Counted from the stretch's first letter, positions 19,052-29,032 are shown. The stretch is DNA of 64,000 nt from Candidatus Krumholzibacteriota bacterium (GCA_963727455.1 CAVSGG010000008.1:438377-502376), one strand, 5' to 3'. Notes: generated from the sequence alone by a model not told the origin. Numbers and translations: made by a program.

Positions 19052-20079
19052 GCGCCTCCCCCTCCCATGGCGTTGCGAACCAGGACCTTGAGGGTTCCGC
19101 GCGTGTTCGCTTTCTCCAGCGCGGTCATGGCTTCCTGCATGGGATAGCTGCCGGCGACGAGGGGAAGAATGTCCAGGCGCTTGCGCTGCAGATACGCGAG
19201 GCTGTCCTCGAGCTTTCCTCCGTTGACTCCTACCATGTCGATTTCGTTCTCGGTGAGGAAGCGCAGGTCGAAGCCCTGGCTGGGCGCGAAGCGGCTCAAG
19301 AGGACGATGCGCCCGCGGGGACGCGAGGCCGCCACCGCCAGATCGAAGCCCGAGGGATGACCCGAGCAGTCGTAGACCATTCCGTAGGATTCGGTGACCA
19401 GCTTGGCTCCGGAGACCGGATCTCCCGAAGCAACGTCCGCTCCCGCGACTCCACTGAAGGAGATCCCGCTGCGCCACAACAGCTCGCGTCGGGACATGTG
19501 CCGCCCCAGAACGCTCACCGTGTGTCCCGCAGCATGGAGGACAAGGGTGGTCAGAAGCCCCAGATTGCCGTCTCCGACCACCAGAACTCGTTGGGGTGGG
19601 GGGCCTTCTAGCAGGGAAGCGGCCTCCAGTGCACTGGCGAGGGGATGCGCGAAGATCGCCTCCTCGTCATCCACCCCCTCGGGAACCTCGACCAGGGCAC
19701 GCTGCGAGATGGCAACCCATTCCGCCAGGGCTCCGTCGGTGATCCCCATCCCCAGTGCGCGGTCTCGCGTGAGCTCGCAGAGCCAGGGTTTGCCGTCGCG
19801 GCAGGGCAGGCAGCGTGTACAGCCCGCATTGAGGTTGGCGACGATACGGCGCCCAATCCAGGCTTCCCCGGAGGGCGTCGTCGCTTCCACTACCTCACCC
19901 ACGAATTCGTGGCCCAGAATGATGCGCTCGCGTCCCGGGCTGCGAATTCCTCGAACCAGCTGCAAGTCACTGCTGGCGATCCCACAGGCACGAACCCTGA
20001 CCAGGACTTCGCCCTCGGCCGCGCGCGGGCGACTCACCGTCGCCAACTGCGGCACCTTGTCGAGAACGAGCGCGCGCAT
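19048..20079 (-). CDS. Medium-chain Zn-dependent alcohol dehydrogenase family protein
   Basis: GHEFVG, CTRCLPCRDG..C, VGDGNLG; start could be 20124. Confidence 0.85.
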   Translation of the reverse strand: MRALVLDKVPQLATVSRPRAAEGEVLVRVRACGIASSDLQLVRGIRSPGRERIILGHEFVGEVVEATTPSGEAWIGRRIVANLNAGCTRCLPCRDGKPWLCELTRDRALGMGITDGALAEWVAISQRALVEVPEGVDDEEAIFAHPLASALEAASLLEGPPPQRVLVVGDGNLGLLTTLVLHAAGHTVSVLGRHMSRRELLWRSGISFSGVAGADVASGDPVSGAKLVTESYGMVYDCSGHPSGFDLAVAASRPRGRIVLLSRFAPSQGFDLRFLTENEIDMVGVNGGKLEDSLAYLQRKRLDILPLVAGSYPMQEAMTALEKANTRGTLKVLVRNAMGGGGA

Positions 20080-20267
20080 CGTACGAAGGCGGGTACTCTT
20101 GCTCGAGCGCTGGATCGGGCTCATGGGAGCTTTCTCCTCGTCCACGCGTATCCCCGATCTGGCGGAGGGCACCGGAAGATGCCAGGGCCGGGATCGACCT
20201 CTCCGATCATTGCCTGGATTCCCTCATCGCCAAGGCAAACTCCGTGCCGTTCCCCCGGCAAAACAGC

Positions 20268-21389
20268 TCATTCTCGGCCGCCATGCTCACTTTCGCTCCA
20301 ATCGCACAGCAGAACGTCCGTGTCGTGCGGGCGGGAGTCGATCAGGTTACCACACCACACCAGCTGTCTGCCGTCGGCGGAGAACATGGGAAAACCGTCA
20401 AAACTGCGGTTGAAGGTCAAGCGGCGCAGGCCCTTCCCGTCCATGCCGATGAGATAGAGCTCGAAATTGTAGCCGTATTGCCCAGGCACCGTCTGGTCGA
20501 AATCGTCCCGGTTGCTGGCGAAAATGATGCGCCGGCCATCGGGATGCGGGAAGGGAGCCCAGTTCGTCACACCCTCGTCACCGGAATGGGTGATGCGACG
20601 GAGATTCTGCCCGTCGGCATCCATCAGGTAGAGATCGAGTTTGCTGGGGCGAATCAGGCCCTCCTGTAGGAGTTCCTGATAGTCCTTCAGCTCCTCGCCC
20701 TCGGGATGCCGCGCGCGAAACACGATATGCTGGCTGTCGGCGGTGTAGAAGGCGCCTCCGTCGTAGCCGGGGGTAGCCGTCAGGCGCCGCACTGCGCTTC
20801 CGTCGGGATTCATGTCGTAGAGGTCGAGGTCACCGTCCCGCGTGCTCGTGAAGAGGATCTTCTTGCCGTCGGGTCGATACACGGCCTCCGCGTCGTAGCC
20901 CGGACTGTCCGTGAGTTGCTCGCGCTCGCCCCCTCCCACCGGGATACGAAAGATCTCGTAGGCGGCGTAGATGGGCCAGGTGTAACCGTGCGCCATCGAA
21001 GGTCGGGGAGGACACTCCTTGCTGGCGAGCACCGTGCTGGCGTAGACGATCCACTTCATGTCGGGCGAGTAGAAGGAGCAGGTGCAACGGCCCTCGCCCG
21101 AGGAAACCATCGAGACCCCGGTTCCGTCGCGGTTCATGCTGTAGATCGCGTCGCAGGCGCGTCCGTCGCGGCTGGACTGGAAGATCAGCTTCTTTCCATC
21201 TGGAGAAAAGTAGGCCTCTGCGTTGTCCCAAGTCGAGTACGGTCCCGGATTCTGGGTGAGCAAACGGACCCTCTTCATGGACGCGTCGTAGCGGGCCGGC
21301 TCCTGCGACCATGCGCCCGTCGCGCACAGCAAGCAGAGTCCCAACAGTGCAAGCACCCGGCGGAGAGTTCCAGAAACAAGAAAGTTCAT
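20268..21389 (-). CDS. Secreted TolB-like PD40 beta-propeller protein
   Basis: Signal peptide; repeats FSPDGKKLIF, YRPDGKKILF, PGYDGG, FDGFPMFSADG. Confidence 0.85.
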   Translation of the reverse strand: MNFLVSGTLRRVLALLGLCLLCATGAWSQEPARYDASMKRVRLLTQNPGPYSTWDNAEAYFSPDGKKLIFQSSRDGRACDAIYSMNRDGTGVSMVSSGEGRCTCSFYSPDMKWIVYASTVLASKECPPRPSMAHGYTWPIYAAYEIFRIPVGGGEREQLTDSPGYDAEAVYRPDGKKILFTSTRDGDLDLYDMNPDGSAVRRLTATPGYDGGAFYTADSQHIVFRARHPEGEELKDYQELLQEGLIRPSKLDLYLMDADGQNLRRITHSGDEGVTNWAPFPHPDGRRIIFASNRDDFDQTVPGQYGYNFELYLIGMDGKGLRRLTFNRSFDGFPMFSADGRQLVWCGNLIDSRPHDTDVLLCDWSESEHGGRE

Positions 21390-21475
21390 TGCGATCTACC
21401 TCGGAGGCTGAGCGGTGAGCGGCAAGCCTAACCTCCACCGCTGCCAGGAGCAAGAACCAGGGTCCTCGATACGAC

Positions 21476-23554
21476 TCAGGCGCCGCGGCGATTGCTCCCT
21501 AGTTGTTTTGCCATGAGCTCGGGATCCGTGGTTGGCCGTTGGCAAGTGAATGCGCGACAGACATAGGCGGTCGCGCCGCCTTGCGCGTTCTTCCCCGCCA
21601 AAGGAGGCATCGTCTCCTCGCTGCTCGCTTCACCCGACGCGTGAGAGACGAAGAGGTGCGGGTGATAGCTGGCGCGAGCGCGATGCAACAGTGGCGCAAT
21701 TTCTTCGCGGCTCCCTGCCAGGACCAATTCCGTGCGCTCCGCCAGATAGGCCTCCAGCGCGAGAACCATCGAGGCCATGGCCGCGGGGTGAGCGGAGAGA
21801 ATTCCCCAAAAGGCATGAAGGACACGCTCGAGTTGCCTCGCATACGCGTCGTCGCCGGTAAGTTCGAAGAGGCAGAGCATGTTGGCCGCCGCCACGCTGT
21901 TCGCCGTCGGGGTCGCTCCGTCGTACCCCGTCTTGACCCGCACTAGGAGTTCGGTCTGCCCTTCCTTGGTATTGAAGAGCGCGCCGTCCTCTTCCGCGGC
22001 GAAGTTGCCCATCATTGCATCGTGCAGCTCCTTGGCCGCGGCGAAGAAGCGCGGCTCGAAACCGTCCTGGTAGAGCTCGAGGAGCCCCCAAACGAGCATG
22101 GCGTAGTCTTCACAGTACGCGTCGATGCCGGCCTGTCCGCGCCGCCAACGTCGCTTCAGAGTGCCATCGACGATCATTTCGCGCAGAATGAAATCGGCCG
22201 CTTCGGCAGCCGCGTTCAGATAACGGTCCTGTCGAAGCACTGCTCCCGCGCGGGCCAGGGCGCGTATCATGAGCCCGTTCCAGCCACTCAGGACCTTGTC
22301 ATCCCGCTCTGGACGTGGGCGCCCCGCCCGCCGCGAGAGCAGGATTTGCCTACCCTCCCTCAGGGCCTCACGTACCGCCGGCACCGTGATCGACAGATCG
22401 TCGGCCACTCTCGAGTCGCTCGCGGCGCGGTACAGGATGTTCACGCCCTCCCAGTTTCCGTCCTCGCAAACACCAAAGGCAAGGCGGAAGGGGCCGAAGA
22501 TCTCAGGCGGCAGGGCCTCTTCTATCTCCCGGTATCGCCAGACGTAGAACTTCCCCTCTTCGCCCTCACTGTCCGCGTCTTCGGCGGAGTAGAAACCACC
22601 GAGAGGATCGCGCATGTCGCGTAGAACGTAGTCGAGGGTGCTTGCCGCGACTTCCGCCAAGCGCTCCTCGCCCGTGAGCTGGTAGGCCTCCAGATAATGA
22701 AACGCCAGCTGCGCATTGTCGTAGAGCATTTTCTCGAAGTGCGGTACCAACCAGTTTCCGTCGGTGCTGTAGCGCGCGAAACCGCCGCCCAAGTGGTCGT
22801 AGATTCCGCCCTCGGCCATGCCTCGCAGAGTCGTGAGCGCCATCGCCAATGCCGCTTCGTCCCCCTCTTTCCGATAGCAGCGGAGACAGAGCGAACCGAA
22901 ATCCGAGCGCGGAAACTTGGGTGCGCTGCCCCAACCGCCGCTCCTGCGATCGAAAGAAGCGGCAATTTGTTGATAGAGCCTGTGCACCGGGGTGGCGTCC
23001 ACTTCCCCCTCGCTTTGGTCGAGCAGCGCGAGCTGGGCTAGACTCGCCGAAACCTGCTCGGCCGCGGACGACAGGCGCTCGGATTGGGTCACCCACATCC
23101 GGTGCAACTGGCGGAGCAGCTGGGGAAATCCGGGCCGTCCGAAACGTTCTTCGGGGGGAAAATAGGTGCCGCCGAAAAAGGGCTTTCGATCGGGGGTGAG
23201 AAACACGCTCATCGGCCAGCCACCCTGGCCCGTCATTGCCTGGACCGCGGCCATGTAGATTTCATCGAGGTCAGGACGTTCTTCGCGATCGACTTTGATG
23301 CAGATGAAATGCTCGTTCATGAGCGCGGCGATGGCTTCATTCTCGAAGGACTCGCGCTCCATGACGTGACACCAATGGCAAGTGGAATACCCGATGGAGA
23401 GAAAGATCGGCTTGTTCTCCTCGCGTGCGCGCCGGAGAGCCGTCTCATTCCACGGGTACCAGTCCACCGGATTGTGTGCATGTTGCAAGAGATAGGGGCT
23501 CTGTTCATGGATGAGATGATTGGTGTGGCGGTGTTCCGCGCCGTTCTCTCGCAT
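21476..23554 (-). CDS. Thioredoxin-domain six-hairpin protein (YyaL/SPATA20, DUF255)
   Basis: [48 protein letters not shown]; ATG at 23554. Confidence 0.93.
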   Translation of the reverse strand: MRENGAEHRHTNHLIHEQSPYLLQHAHNPVDWYPWNETALRRAREENKPIFLSIGYSTCHWCHVMERESFENEAIAALMNEHFICIKVDREERPDLDEIYMAAVQAMTGQGGWPMSVFLTPDRKPFFGGTYFPPEERFGRPGFPQLLRQLHRMWVTQSERLSSAAEQVSASLAQLALLDQSEGEVDATPVHRLYQQIAASFDRRSGGWGSAPKFPRSDFGSLCLRCYRKEGDEAALAMALTTLRGMAEGGIYDHLGGGFARYSTDGNWLVPHFEKMLYDNAQLAFHYLEAYQLTGEERLAEVAASTLDYVLRDMRDPLGGFYSAEDADSEGEEGKFYVWRYREIEEALPPEIFGPFRLAFGVCEDGNWEGVNILYRAASDSRVADDLSITVPAVREALREGRQILLSRRAGRPRPERDDKVLSGWNGLMIRALARAGAVLRQDRYLNAAAEAADFILREMIVDGTLKRRWRRGQAGIDAYCEDYAMLVWGLLELYQDGFEPRFFAAAKELHDAMMGNFAAEEDGALFNTKEGQTELLVRVKTGYDGATPTANSVAAANMLCLFELTGDDAYARQLERVLHAFWGILSAHPAAMASMVLALEAYLAERTELVLAGSREEIAPLLHRARASYHPHLFVSHASGEASSEETMPPLAGKNAQGGATAYVCRAFTCQRPTTDPELMAKQLGSNRRGA

Positions 23555-23588
23555 GAGGCCTCCTGGAATCCCCGGGCTCGGGTTTGAA

Positions 23589-24184
23589 TCCTCCTCGCTG
23601 CGTCCCATGAAGGAGCAAAGCGGATTGTCGAGGAGGAAAGGGGAGGCGGGGAGTGATCGTGTGCTTCCCCGTGAGGGAGAGTTGTGCAGAGGATAAGCAG
23701 AGGGAGGCTTCCTCGCCCGCTCCCTGCTCGGGCAGAGCGAGTCCACGGTGGAAAGCTCGCGCTGCGAACGGACGCAGCCAACACCTCGAGGACCTACTGA
23801 TCCGCGCTGAACCCCTCTCGCACCCCACGGCACCAGTCACAGTTTCTCGCGCACATTCCTTGCTGCCGTCGCGTTTTTCAGGAGAAGCGCTCTCGCTGAG
23901 AGTGCCAGCGGTCTCGCTCTCACCCCCTCCGTCGTGGCGGGTGGGGTGCGGGGCCCTCGATCCGGAGGTTTCGGCGAACGGCCTGAGCATGCGCCCCTGA
24001 GAACTGGGGTGAAACTCGGCTGGTACCTCCTTGATTCCCAACGGGGGCGACGCTCTTTGCGCCAATTGCCGCCGTCGGCCCGGGGGCCCCGAACATTTCT
24101 CCCGAGCGTCCGCGAGATGCCGTGACTCGCGGGTGCCTAAGCTGCGGCTCAACCCACCTCCCGGGGTTGAGCCGCGCTCTTTTT
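23589..24184 (+). ncRNA. Candidate large structured RNA (~600 nt), family unknown
   Basis: Non-coding gap between divergent genes with many nested helices. G-U pairs favour the + strand. Ends in a + strand intrinsic terminator with no + gene upstream. Confidence 0.5.
24144..24184 (+). terminator. Rho-independent terminator
   Basis: Perfect 12-bp stem GCGGCTCAACCC/GGGTTGAGCCGC followed by GCTCTTTTT. Confidence 0.75.
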
Positions 24185-24193
24185 CGCTCCCTT

Positions 24194-24221
24194 TTGCCAG
24201 CATTGAATCGTGTGCTATCTT
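24194..24221 (+). promoter_or_regulatory. Sigma70-like promoter of the aldehyde dehydrogenase gene
   Basis: TTGCCA-N16-TATCTT with a TG extended -10. Confidence 0.5.
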
Positions 24222-24284
24222 GGCCGCCGGACATCCGCGGTCCGGTCACACATATCTGTCTCTTTTTCTCAGGGGTAGCTTCCG

Positions 24285-25802
24285 ATGCGCGATTTTCTCA
24301 AGGAGCTGGGTCTCTCCGGTGTCAATTCCGGCGTCTACGGACAGGGCTGGGTCGATCATCCCAATGGCGGTGAACTCACGAGCTACTCGCCCACTAGTGA
24401 AGAACCGGTGGGGAAGGTTCTGCAGGCCAGCGACGAGAACTACGAAACCGTCGTGGGCGCGGCACAGGAGAGATTCAACAGCTGGCGTATGTTGCCGGCG
24501 CCGCAGCGCGGCGAAATCGTACGCCAGCTCGGCGAGGAGCTGCGCAAGTACAAGCGCCCCCTCGGCAAGCTGATCTCCTTCGAGATGGGAAAGATCCTCA
24601 GCGAGGGAGAAGGCGAGGTTCAGGAGGCTATCGACATCGCGGACTTTGCGGTGGGGCTCTCGCGTCAGCTCTACGGCTTGAGCATGCATAGCGAACGCGC
24701 ACGCCATCGAATGTACGAGCAGTGGCACCCCCTGGGAGTGATCGGGATCGTGACCGCCTTCAACTTCCCCGTGGCAGTGTGGGCCTGGAATGCGATGATC
24801 GCGGCAGTGTGTGGGGACACCATGATCTGGAAGCCCTCCAGCAAAACTCCTCTCTGCGCCATCGCCATCCAGCACATCTGTGATCGAGTGATGAAGAAGA
24901 ATGAAGTGCGCGGAGTGTTCAACCTCTGCGTGGGACGCGGCTCGGCGGTGGGCGAAAAACTCATCAACGATCCCCGAATCCCCCTCATCAGTGCCACCGG
25001 AAGCTGTCGGATGGGCAGGAGGATCGGTGAAGCGGTGGGCAAGAGACTCGGCCGCAGTTTGCTGGAGTTGGGCGGGAACAACGCCATCATCGTCACGAAC
25101 GATGCGGATCCCGATCTGGCCCTGCGCGCGATCGCCTTCGGCGCCGTGGGCACCGCGGGTCAGCGCTGCACTTCCACCCGCCGGGTGTTTCTGCAGCGCG
25201 GCATCGCCGAGGAATTCACCAAGCGTCTGGTGAAAGCCTACGAGAGCATTCCCATCGGCGATCCGCTCGATCCCGACACGCTCATGGGTCCTCTGATCGA
25301 CGAATCGGCGATCGAGGACATGACGGCTGCGCTGGAGGAGGCGCAGGCTGACGGAGCCAAAGTGCTTACCGGCGGCAAACGCATCGACCGAAAGGGCTAC
25401 TTCGTGCAGCCCACCATCGTGGCCGCGAAGCATGGAATCAAGATCGCGCAAGAGGAGACCTTCGCGCCCATCCTCTATCTCTTCGAGTTCGACGAGGTGG
25501 AGGAAGCCATTCGAATGCAAAACGACGTCCGACAGGGTCTCTCTTCGGCGATGTTCACCACTAACCTGCTCTCGGCCGAGACTTTCCTCAGCGCGGAAGG
25601 CTCCGATTGCGGCATCGCCAACATCAACATCGGCACCAGTGGTGCAGAAATCGGCGGAGCTTTCGGAGGCGAGAAGGAAACGGGAGGCGGACGGGAAGCC
25701 GGCAGCGACAGTTGGAAGTTCTACATGCGCCGCCAGACCTGCACCATCAACTACAGCCGTGAAATGCCGCTGGCGCAGGGCGTGAAGTTCGAGATCGAGT
25801 AG
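24285..25802 (+). CDS. Aldehyde dehydrogenase family 7 (aminoadipate-semialdehyde/piperideine-6-carboxylate dehydrogenase-like)
   Basis: AFNFPVAVWAWN, LELGGNNA, GTAGQRCT, GAEIGGAFGGEKETGGGREAGSDSWK. Confidence 0.93.
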   Translation: MRDFLKELGLSGVNSGVYGQGWVDHPNGGELTSYSPTSEEPVGKVLQASDENYETVVGAAQERFNSWRMLPAPQRGEIVRQLGEELRKYKRPLGKLISFEMGKILSEGEGEVQEAIDIADFAVGLSRQLYGLSMHSERARHRMYEQWHPLGVIGIVTAFNFPVAVWAWNAMIAAVCGDTMIWKPSSKTPLCAIAIQHICDRVMKKNEVRGVFNLCVGRGSAVGEKLINDPRIPLISATGSCRMGRRIGEAVGKRLGRSLLELGGNNAIIVTNDADPDLALRAIAFGAVGTAGQRCTSTRRVFLQRGIAEEFTKRLVKAYESIPIGDPLDPDTLMGPLIDESAIEDMTAALEEAQADGAKVLTGGKRIDRKGYFVQPTIVAAKHGIKIAQEETFAPILYLFEFDEVEEAIRMQNDVRQGLSSAMFTTNLLSAETFLSAEGSDCGIANINIGTSGAEIGGAFGGEKETGGGREAGSDSWKFYMRRQTCTINYSREMPLAQGVKFEIE

Positions 25803-25846
25803 AGAGGGACCGGGCTGCGCCGAGCCCCATACAAGCGAGGAATGAG

Positions 25847-26044
25847 CTGAGCACCAGCGCGCATCCTCCCCGAGTTTCCATCTCGGTGCCCTGCCCCAGC
25901 TGTTCAGGGGAGCCGCCCCGCCGCGCGAACTGCGCCCGCTGCAAGGGAGACGGGATCCTACTCTTGAGCGTGAAAGCGGAGCACGCCGGCCTGCCGGCGC
26001 CCAAACTCTTGCGCATCTACGCGAGCGAAGATCCCGGGCGCTAG
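25847..26044 (+). CDS. Small (65 aa) zinc-finger protein with a DnaJ-type CxxCxG..CxxCxGxG motif, absent from the ORF track
   Basis: Reads LSTSAHPPRVSISVPCPSCSGEPPRRANCARCKGDGILLLSVKAEHAGLPAPKLLRIYASEDPGR*. CTG start lies 5 nt after GAGGA. The stop shares CTAG with the convergent radical SAM gene. Confidence 0.6.
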   Translation: MSTSAHPPRVSISVPCPSCSGEPPRRANCARCKGDGILLLSVKAEHAGLPAPKLLRIYASEDPGR

Positions 26045-27312
26045 GCCGCGACCTGCCCCGTCTCTACCATCCGGCGCAACTTCTGCTTGGCGCTGCGCAG
26101 CTTCGCATAATACGCGGCGGAGAATGCGGTATGCATCGCCTTGAGTTTCATGCGGTGCGCGAGGTAGGAACCGCGGCGCTCACTCAGGCCGGCACACTCT
26201 TCGGGCAACATGACCAAGCTCACGTGGATGTTGGGCGCGACCCCTATTGGCATGTGCTTCTGCATGCAGCGGTCATAGAGGCGAGCGAAGATAGGAACCA
26301 TGTCCTCGGTGCTGGGAACGTCCACCGATTCATAGTCGGTTCCTTTCAACGGGCGGAAAACGCAGACGGTGGGAACCGCTCCCTGCTCGGTGATCCAGTC
26401 GATGGCCTCGATGCTGTCGGCGGGACTTTCCAGACCAGCGATGATCTCTCCGTTCGTGACCCAGGGCTCGAGTTTGGCCAGGTCACCGTTACCCAGGGAC
26501 GCACAGTAGCGGATTGCCTCCAGGTAGCGGTCCAGGCCGTACTGGGTGTGCTTCCCGGGACACACCTCGATGAAGCGTTCGCGATTGAAGAGCTCGAAGC
26601 AGAAGCTCACGCGGTTGACACCCATCTTCTTGAGCCGGTCATAGCGAGAAAGATCGGCGTGTGGGGGTGTCTGTACTCCAACGAGTAGACCGGTTTCTTT
26701 CTTGATGGCGGCGATGTAGGGCTCGAGAAGATCCAAGTAGCTTTCGCCCGGATAGTGACCCGTGTTGAAATCCACGTAGGTGATTCCGCTCTCCAGCACC
26801 GCGGCCCGCACCACCTCCATCACCTCCTCCACTTCCTTCTCGTCGGCGTCATCGTGGCCCAAGTTCAGTCCCACGCTGCAGAAGTGGCAGTTCACCTTGG
26901 TGTCGCGCGTCCAATACTCGCATACCTTGCCGGGATAGATTCCCAGATAGGTCCCCTGCAGACTTCCGATCTGTCGCATCTTTCGTCCCGAGCTGGTGGT
27001 GCGCTCGTACCAAGACGGCTTTGGCGACAGCCTCGGTTTGCAGATGAACTCGCCCTCACGTTCCAGCACCAGCTGATCGCCGTCCATTCGCAAGAGGTAG
27101 GGAGAGCGATCCACGAAACTCTCGGCCACCGGGACATTGGTCCACAACCCATCTGGGAGAATCAGTTCGAGTCCACTACCCAATCCCGCTCGTGTGCGTA
27201 GAATAGGACGGCCACCGGCCCGCTCGAGATAACAGCTCTCGTCGATGCGAGCGCCCTTGCAGTAGAGGTCGAGCTTGAGATAAGACGGATTACTCTTGGG
27301 ATCCAAACGCAC
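26041..27312 (-). CDS. Radical SAM protein with a non-canonical CX10CX2C motif
   Basis: CEYWTRDTKVNCHFC; NTG, FCFE, IIAGLES, FRPLKGT motifs of the radical SAM barrel. Confidence 0.85.
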   Translation of the reverse strand: MRLDPKSNPSYLKLDLYCKGARIDESCYLERAGGRPILRTRAGLGSGLELILPDGLWTNVPVAESFVDRSPYLLRMDGDQLVLEREGEFICKPRLSPKPSWYERTTSSGRKMRQIGSLQGTYLGIYPGKVCEYWTRDTKVNCHFCSVGLNLGHDDADEKEVEEVMEVVRAAVLESGITYVDFNTGHYPGESYLDLLEPYIAAIKKETGLLVGVQTPPHADLSRYDRLKKMGVNRVSFCFELFNRERFIEVCPGKHTQYGLDRYLEAIRYCASLGNGDLAKLEPWVTNGEIIAGLESPADSIEAIDWITEQGAVPTVCVFRPLKGTDYESVDVPSTEDMVPIFARLYDRCMQKHMPIGVAPNIHVSLVMLPEECAGLSERRGSYLAHRMKLKAMHTAFSAAYYAKLRSAKQKLRRMVETGQVAA

Positions 27313-27432
27313 CAGCGGCCTCCGGGGGGGAAAGCTCCGCCATCATGGCGAAGAAAGTTCGATCAGGAGCGGCGAAGCTGCTTCAAGTATGGGAGTCTGA
27401 GAGGGTGTGGGTCAAGGAACCAGGGAGGAATC

Positions 27433-28428
27433 ATGCGTTTCGAATGGACCGTGAGCGATGCGGATGCCGGCCGACGCCTGGATCGCTTTCTTTTCAGCCG
27501 CTTCAAATCGCAGCTCGAATCGGTCTCTTCTTCCCGCATCCAGCGCATGTTGCGCATGGGCGATGTCAAAGTGAACGGGACCAAGGCCCGGGCGGGCATC
27601 AGCTTGCGAGCGGGGGACGTGGTCGTGGCCCATCACCCTGCACCCGGATCCGTGCCGCCCGCGGGCGAGGAAAGAGGGCGCGGCCTGCCCCCGGCTCCCA
27701 GCTACGAGGGACCGCCGATCGACGTGCTGCACGAGACGGACGGGTTCCTCGTGGTAAACAAGCCGGCCCGCGTGAGTTGCGATCACGGCGAGGGGGGCAA
27801 TCCCGGTCTCTTGAACTGGGCGTGGTTGCGCTACGAGGAGGACGCGGTGGCAGGCAAGGTGCGGCCCGCCGCTGCACACCGTCTCGATGCGGGAACCACC
27901 GGCGCGGTTTGTCTTGGACTGACCGCACGCGCGCTGGAGAGTTTCCGCCGCGCCCAAGAAGAGCAGAGGATACACAAACTCTACTGGGTAGTGGTCTGGG
28001 GGCGACCTATGGAAAGAGAATTCGAGATATCGATTCCCCTGCGCCGTCTCCCGCATGCCAGGAGAAAAGCTCCCAAAGTCGTCGTAGCCGAAAATAAAGA
28101 CGAAGGAATGACCGCGCACACGCGATTTCGTTGGATCGCAGCTGGCGACGGATCCTCCCTCCTTCAGGCCGAAGTCTTGACCGGACGCACCCACCAGATC
28201 AGAGCTCACTGCAAAGCACACGGGCTTCCGATCGTGGGCGATCCCCGCTACGGAGATCGCGCCAAAGACGAGAACGCGGGTTTGGCTTCGATACTCGACC
28301 ATCAGCTGCTGCACGCAAGGCAGCTCGAACTCGCCGATTCTCGCAGGGGATTCACGGTCACGGCGCAACTACCCATCGAATACCGGCGCGCGTTGCAACG
28401 ACTGCGAATCGACCTGGGTGAGGATTGA
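27433..28428 (+). CDS. RluA/RluD-family pseudouridine synthase with an S4 domain
   Basis: RLDRFL (S4), NKPA, HRLDAGTTG, TGRTHQIRAH, GDPRYG, LHA. Confidence 0.93.
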   Translation: MRFEWTVSDADAGRRLDRFLFSRFKSQLESVSSSRIQRMLRMGDVKVNGTKARAGISLRAGDVVVAHHPAPGSVPPAGEERGRGLPPAPSYEGPPIDVLHETDGFLVVNKPARVSCDHGEGGNPGLLNWAWLRYEEDAVAGKVRPAAAHRLDAGTTGAVCLGLTARALESFRRAQEEQRIHKLYWVVVWGRPMEREFEISIPLRRLPHARRKAPKVVVAENKDEGMTAHTRFRWIAAGDGSSLLQAEVLTGRTHQIRAHCKAHGLPIVGDPRYGDRAKDENAGLASILDHQLLHARQLELADSRRGFTVTAQLPIEYRRALQRLRIDLGED

Positions 28429-28575
28429 GCAGGAAACGCTCAACGTTGCTCGGCGCAGCCTGTACGATTAGACTGAAGATCTGCGCGAGAGTTCCGGCTA
28501 GCCCAAGAGCTGAAGCCGAAGTCTCGGGCGAGAGCAAGTACTGACCCCCATCGATGCGCAAGTAAGGAGAGATCC

Positions 28576-29001
28576 ATGGATCGACGTCAATTCATCCAAG
28601 TGGGACTCGTAGGCACCGCAGGTGCGCTGGTCATTCCCAAAATGGTCCTCGCGCAAATTCCCGACAGCCCCATGGCGGGCGGGGTATATTACACCGAAAA
28701 AGCGCCGGGACGTTGGAGTAAAAAAGTTGCGCTTCATTTGCCCAGCATCGAAATCGAGAAGGGCAGCGATGCGCTTTCGGTTCAGGTCCGTACCTCGCAT
28801 CCAATGGACGGCTACGAGCACTACATCGTGAAACACGTACTCCTGGACAAGAACTTCAGCTTTCTCGATGAAAACATGTTCGATCCCACGAAGGACAAGG
28901 CGCCTTTCTCCACCTTCAAGCTGCCGAGCTACGAAGGCGCTTTGTACGCGCTCAGTGTATGCAACAAGCACGACACCTGGCTGAACATGCTCGAGGTCTG
29001 A
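28576..29001 (+). CDS. Tat-exported superoxide reductase-like (desulfoferrodoxin C-terminal domain) protein
   Basis: Tat signal MDRRQFIQ; ligands HLP, HPM, EHYI, CNKH. Confidence 0.85.
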   Translation: MDRRQFIQVGLVGTAGALVIPKMVLAQIPDSPMAGGVYYTEKAPGRWSKKVALHLPSIEIEKGSDALSVQVRTSHPMDGYEHYIVKHVLLDKNFSFLDENMFDPTKDKAPFSTFKLPSYEGALYALSVCNKHDTWLNMLEV

Positions 29002-29032
29002 CGGGCTGATTCGATGCCACTGGGGCCGCAAC

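Noticed and set aside
23633-24030. RNase P-like GAGGAAAG and GGGTGAAAC, and a hammerhead-like CTGA..GAAAC
   Set aside because: GAGGAAAG is not followed by TCC, the 3' P4 consensus is missing, and there is no CUGANGA core with correct stems.
23880-24184. Lysine riboswitch upstream of the ALDH7 gene
   Set aside because: The L-box hallmark motifs were not found, and the ALDH promoter appears to lie downstream of the terminator.
25842-25850. ATG-AGC-TGA as a selenocysteine read-through start
   Set aside because: It is not in frame with the zinc-finger ORF and no SECIS-like hairpin is evident.
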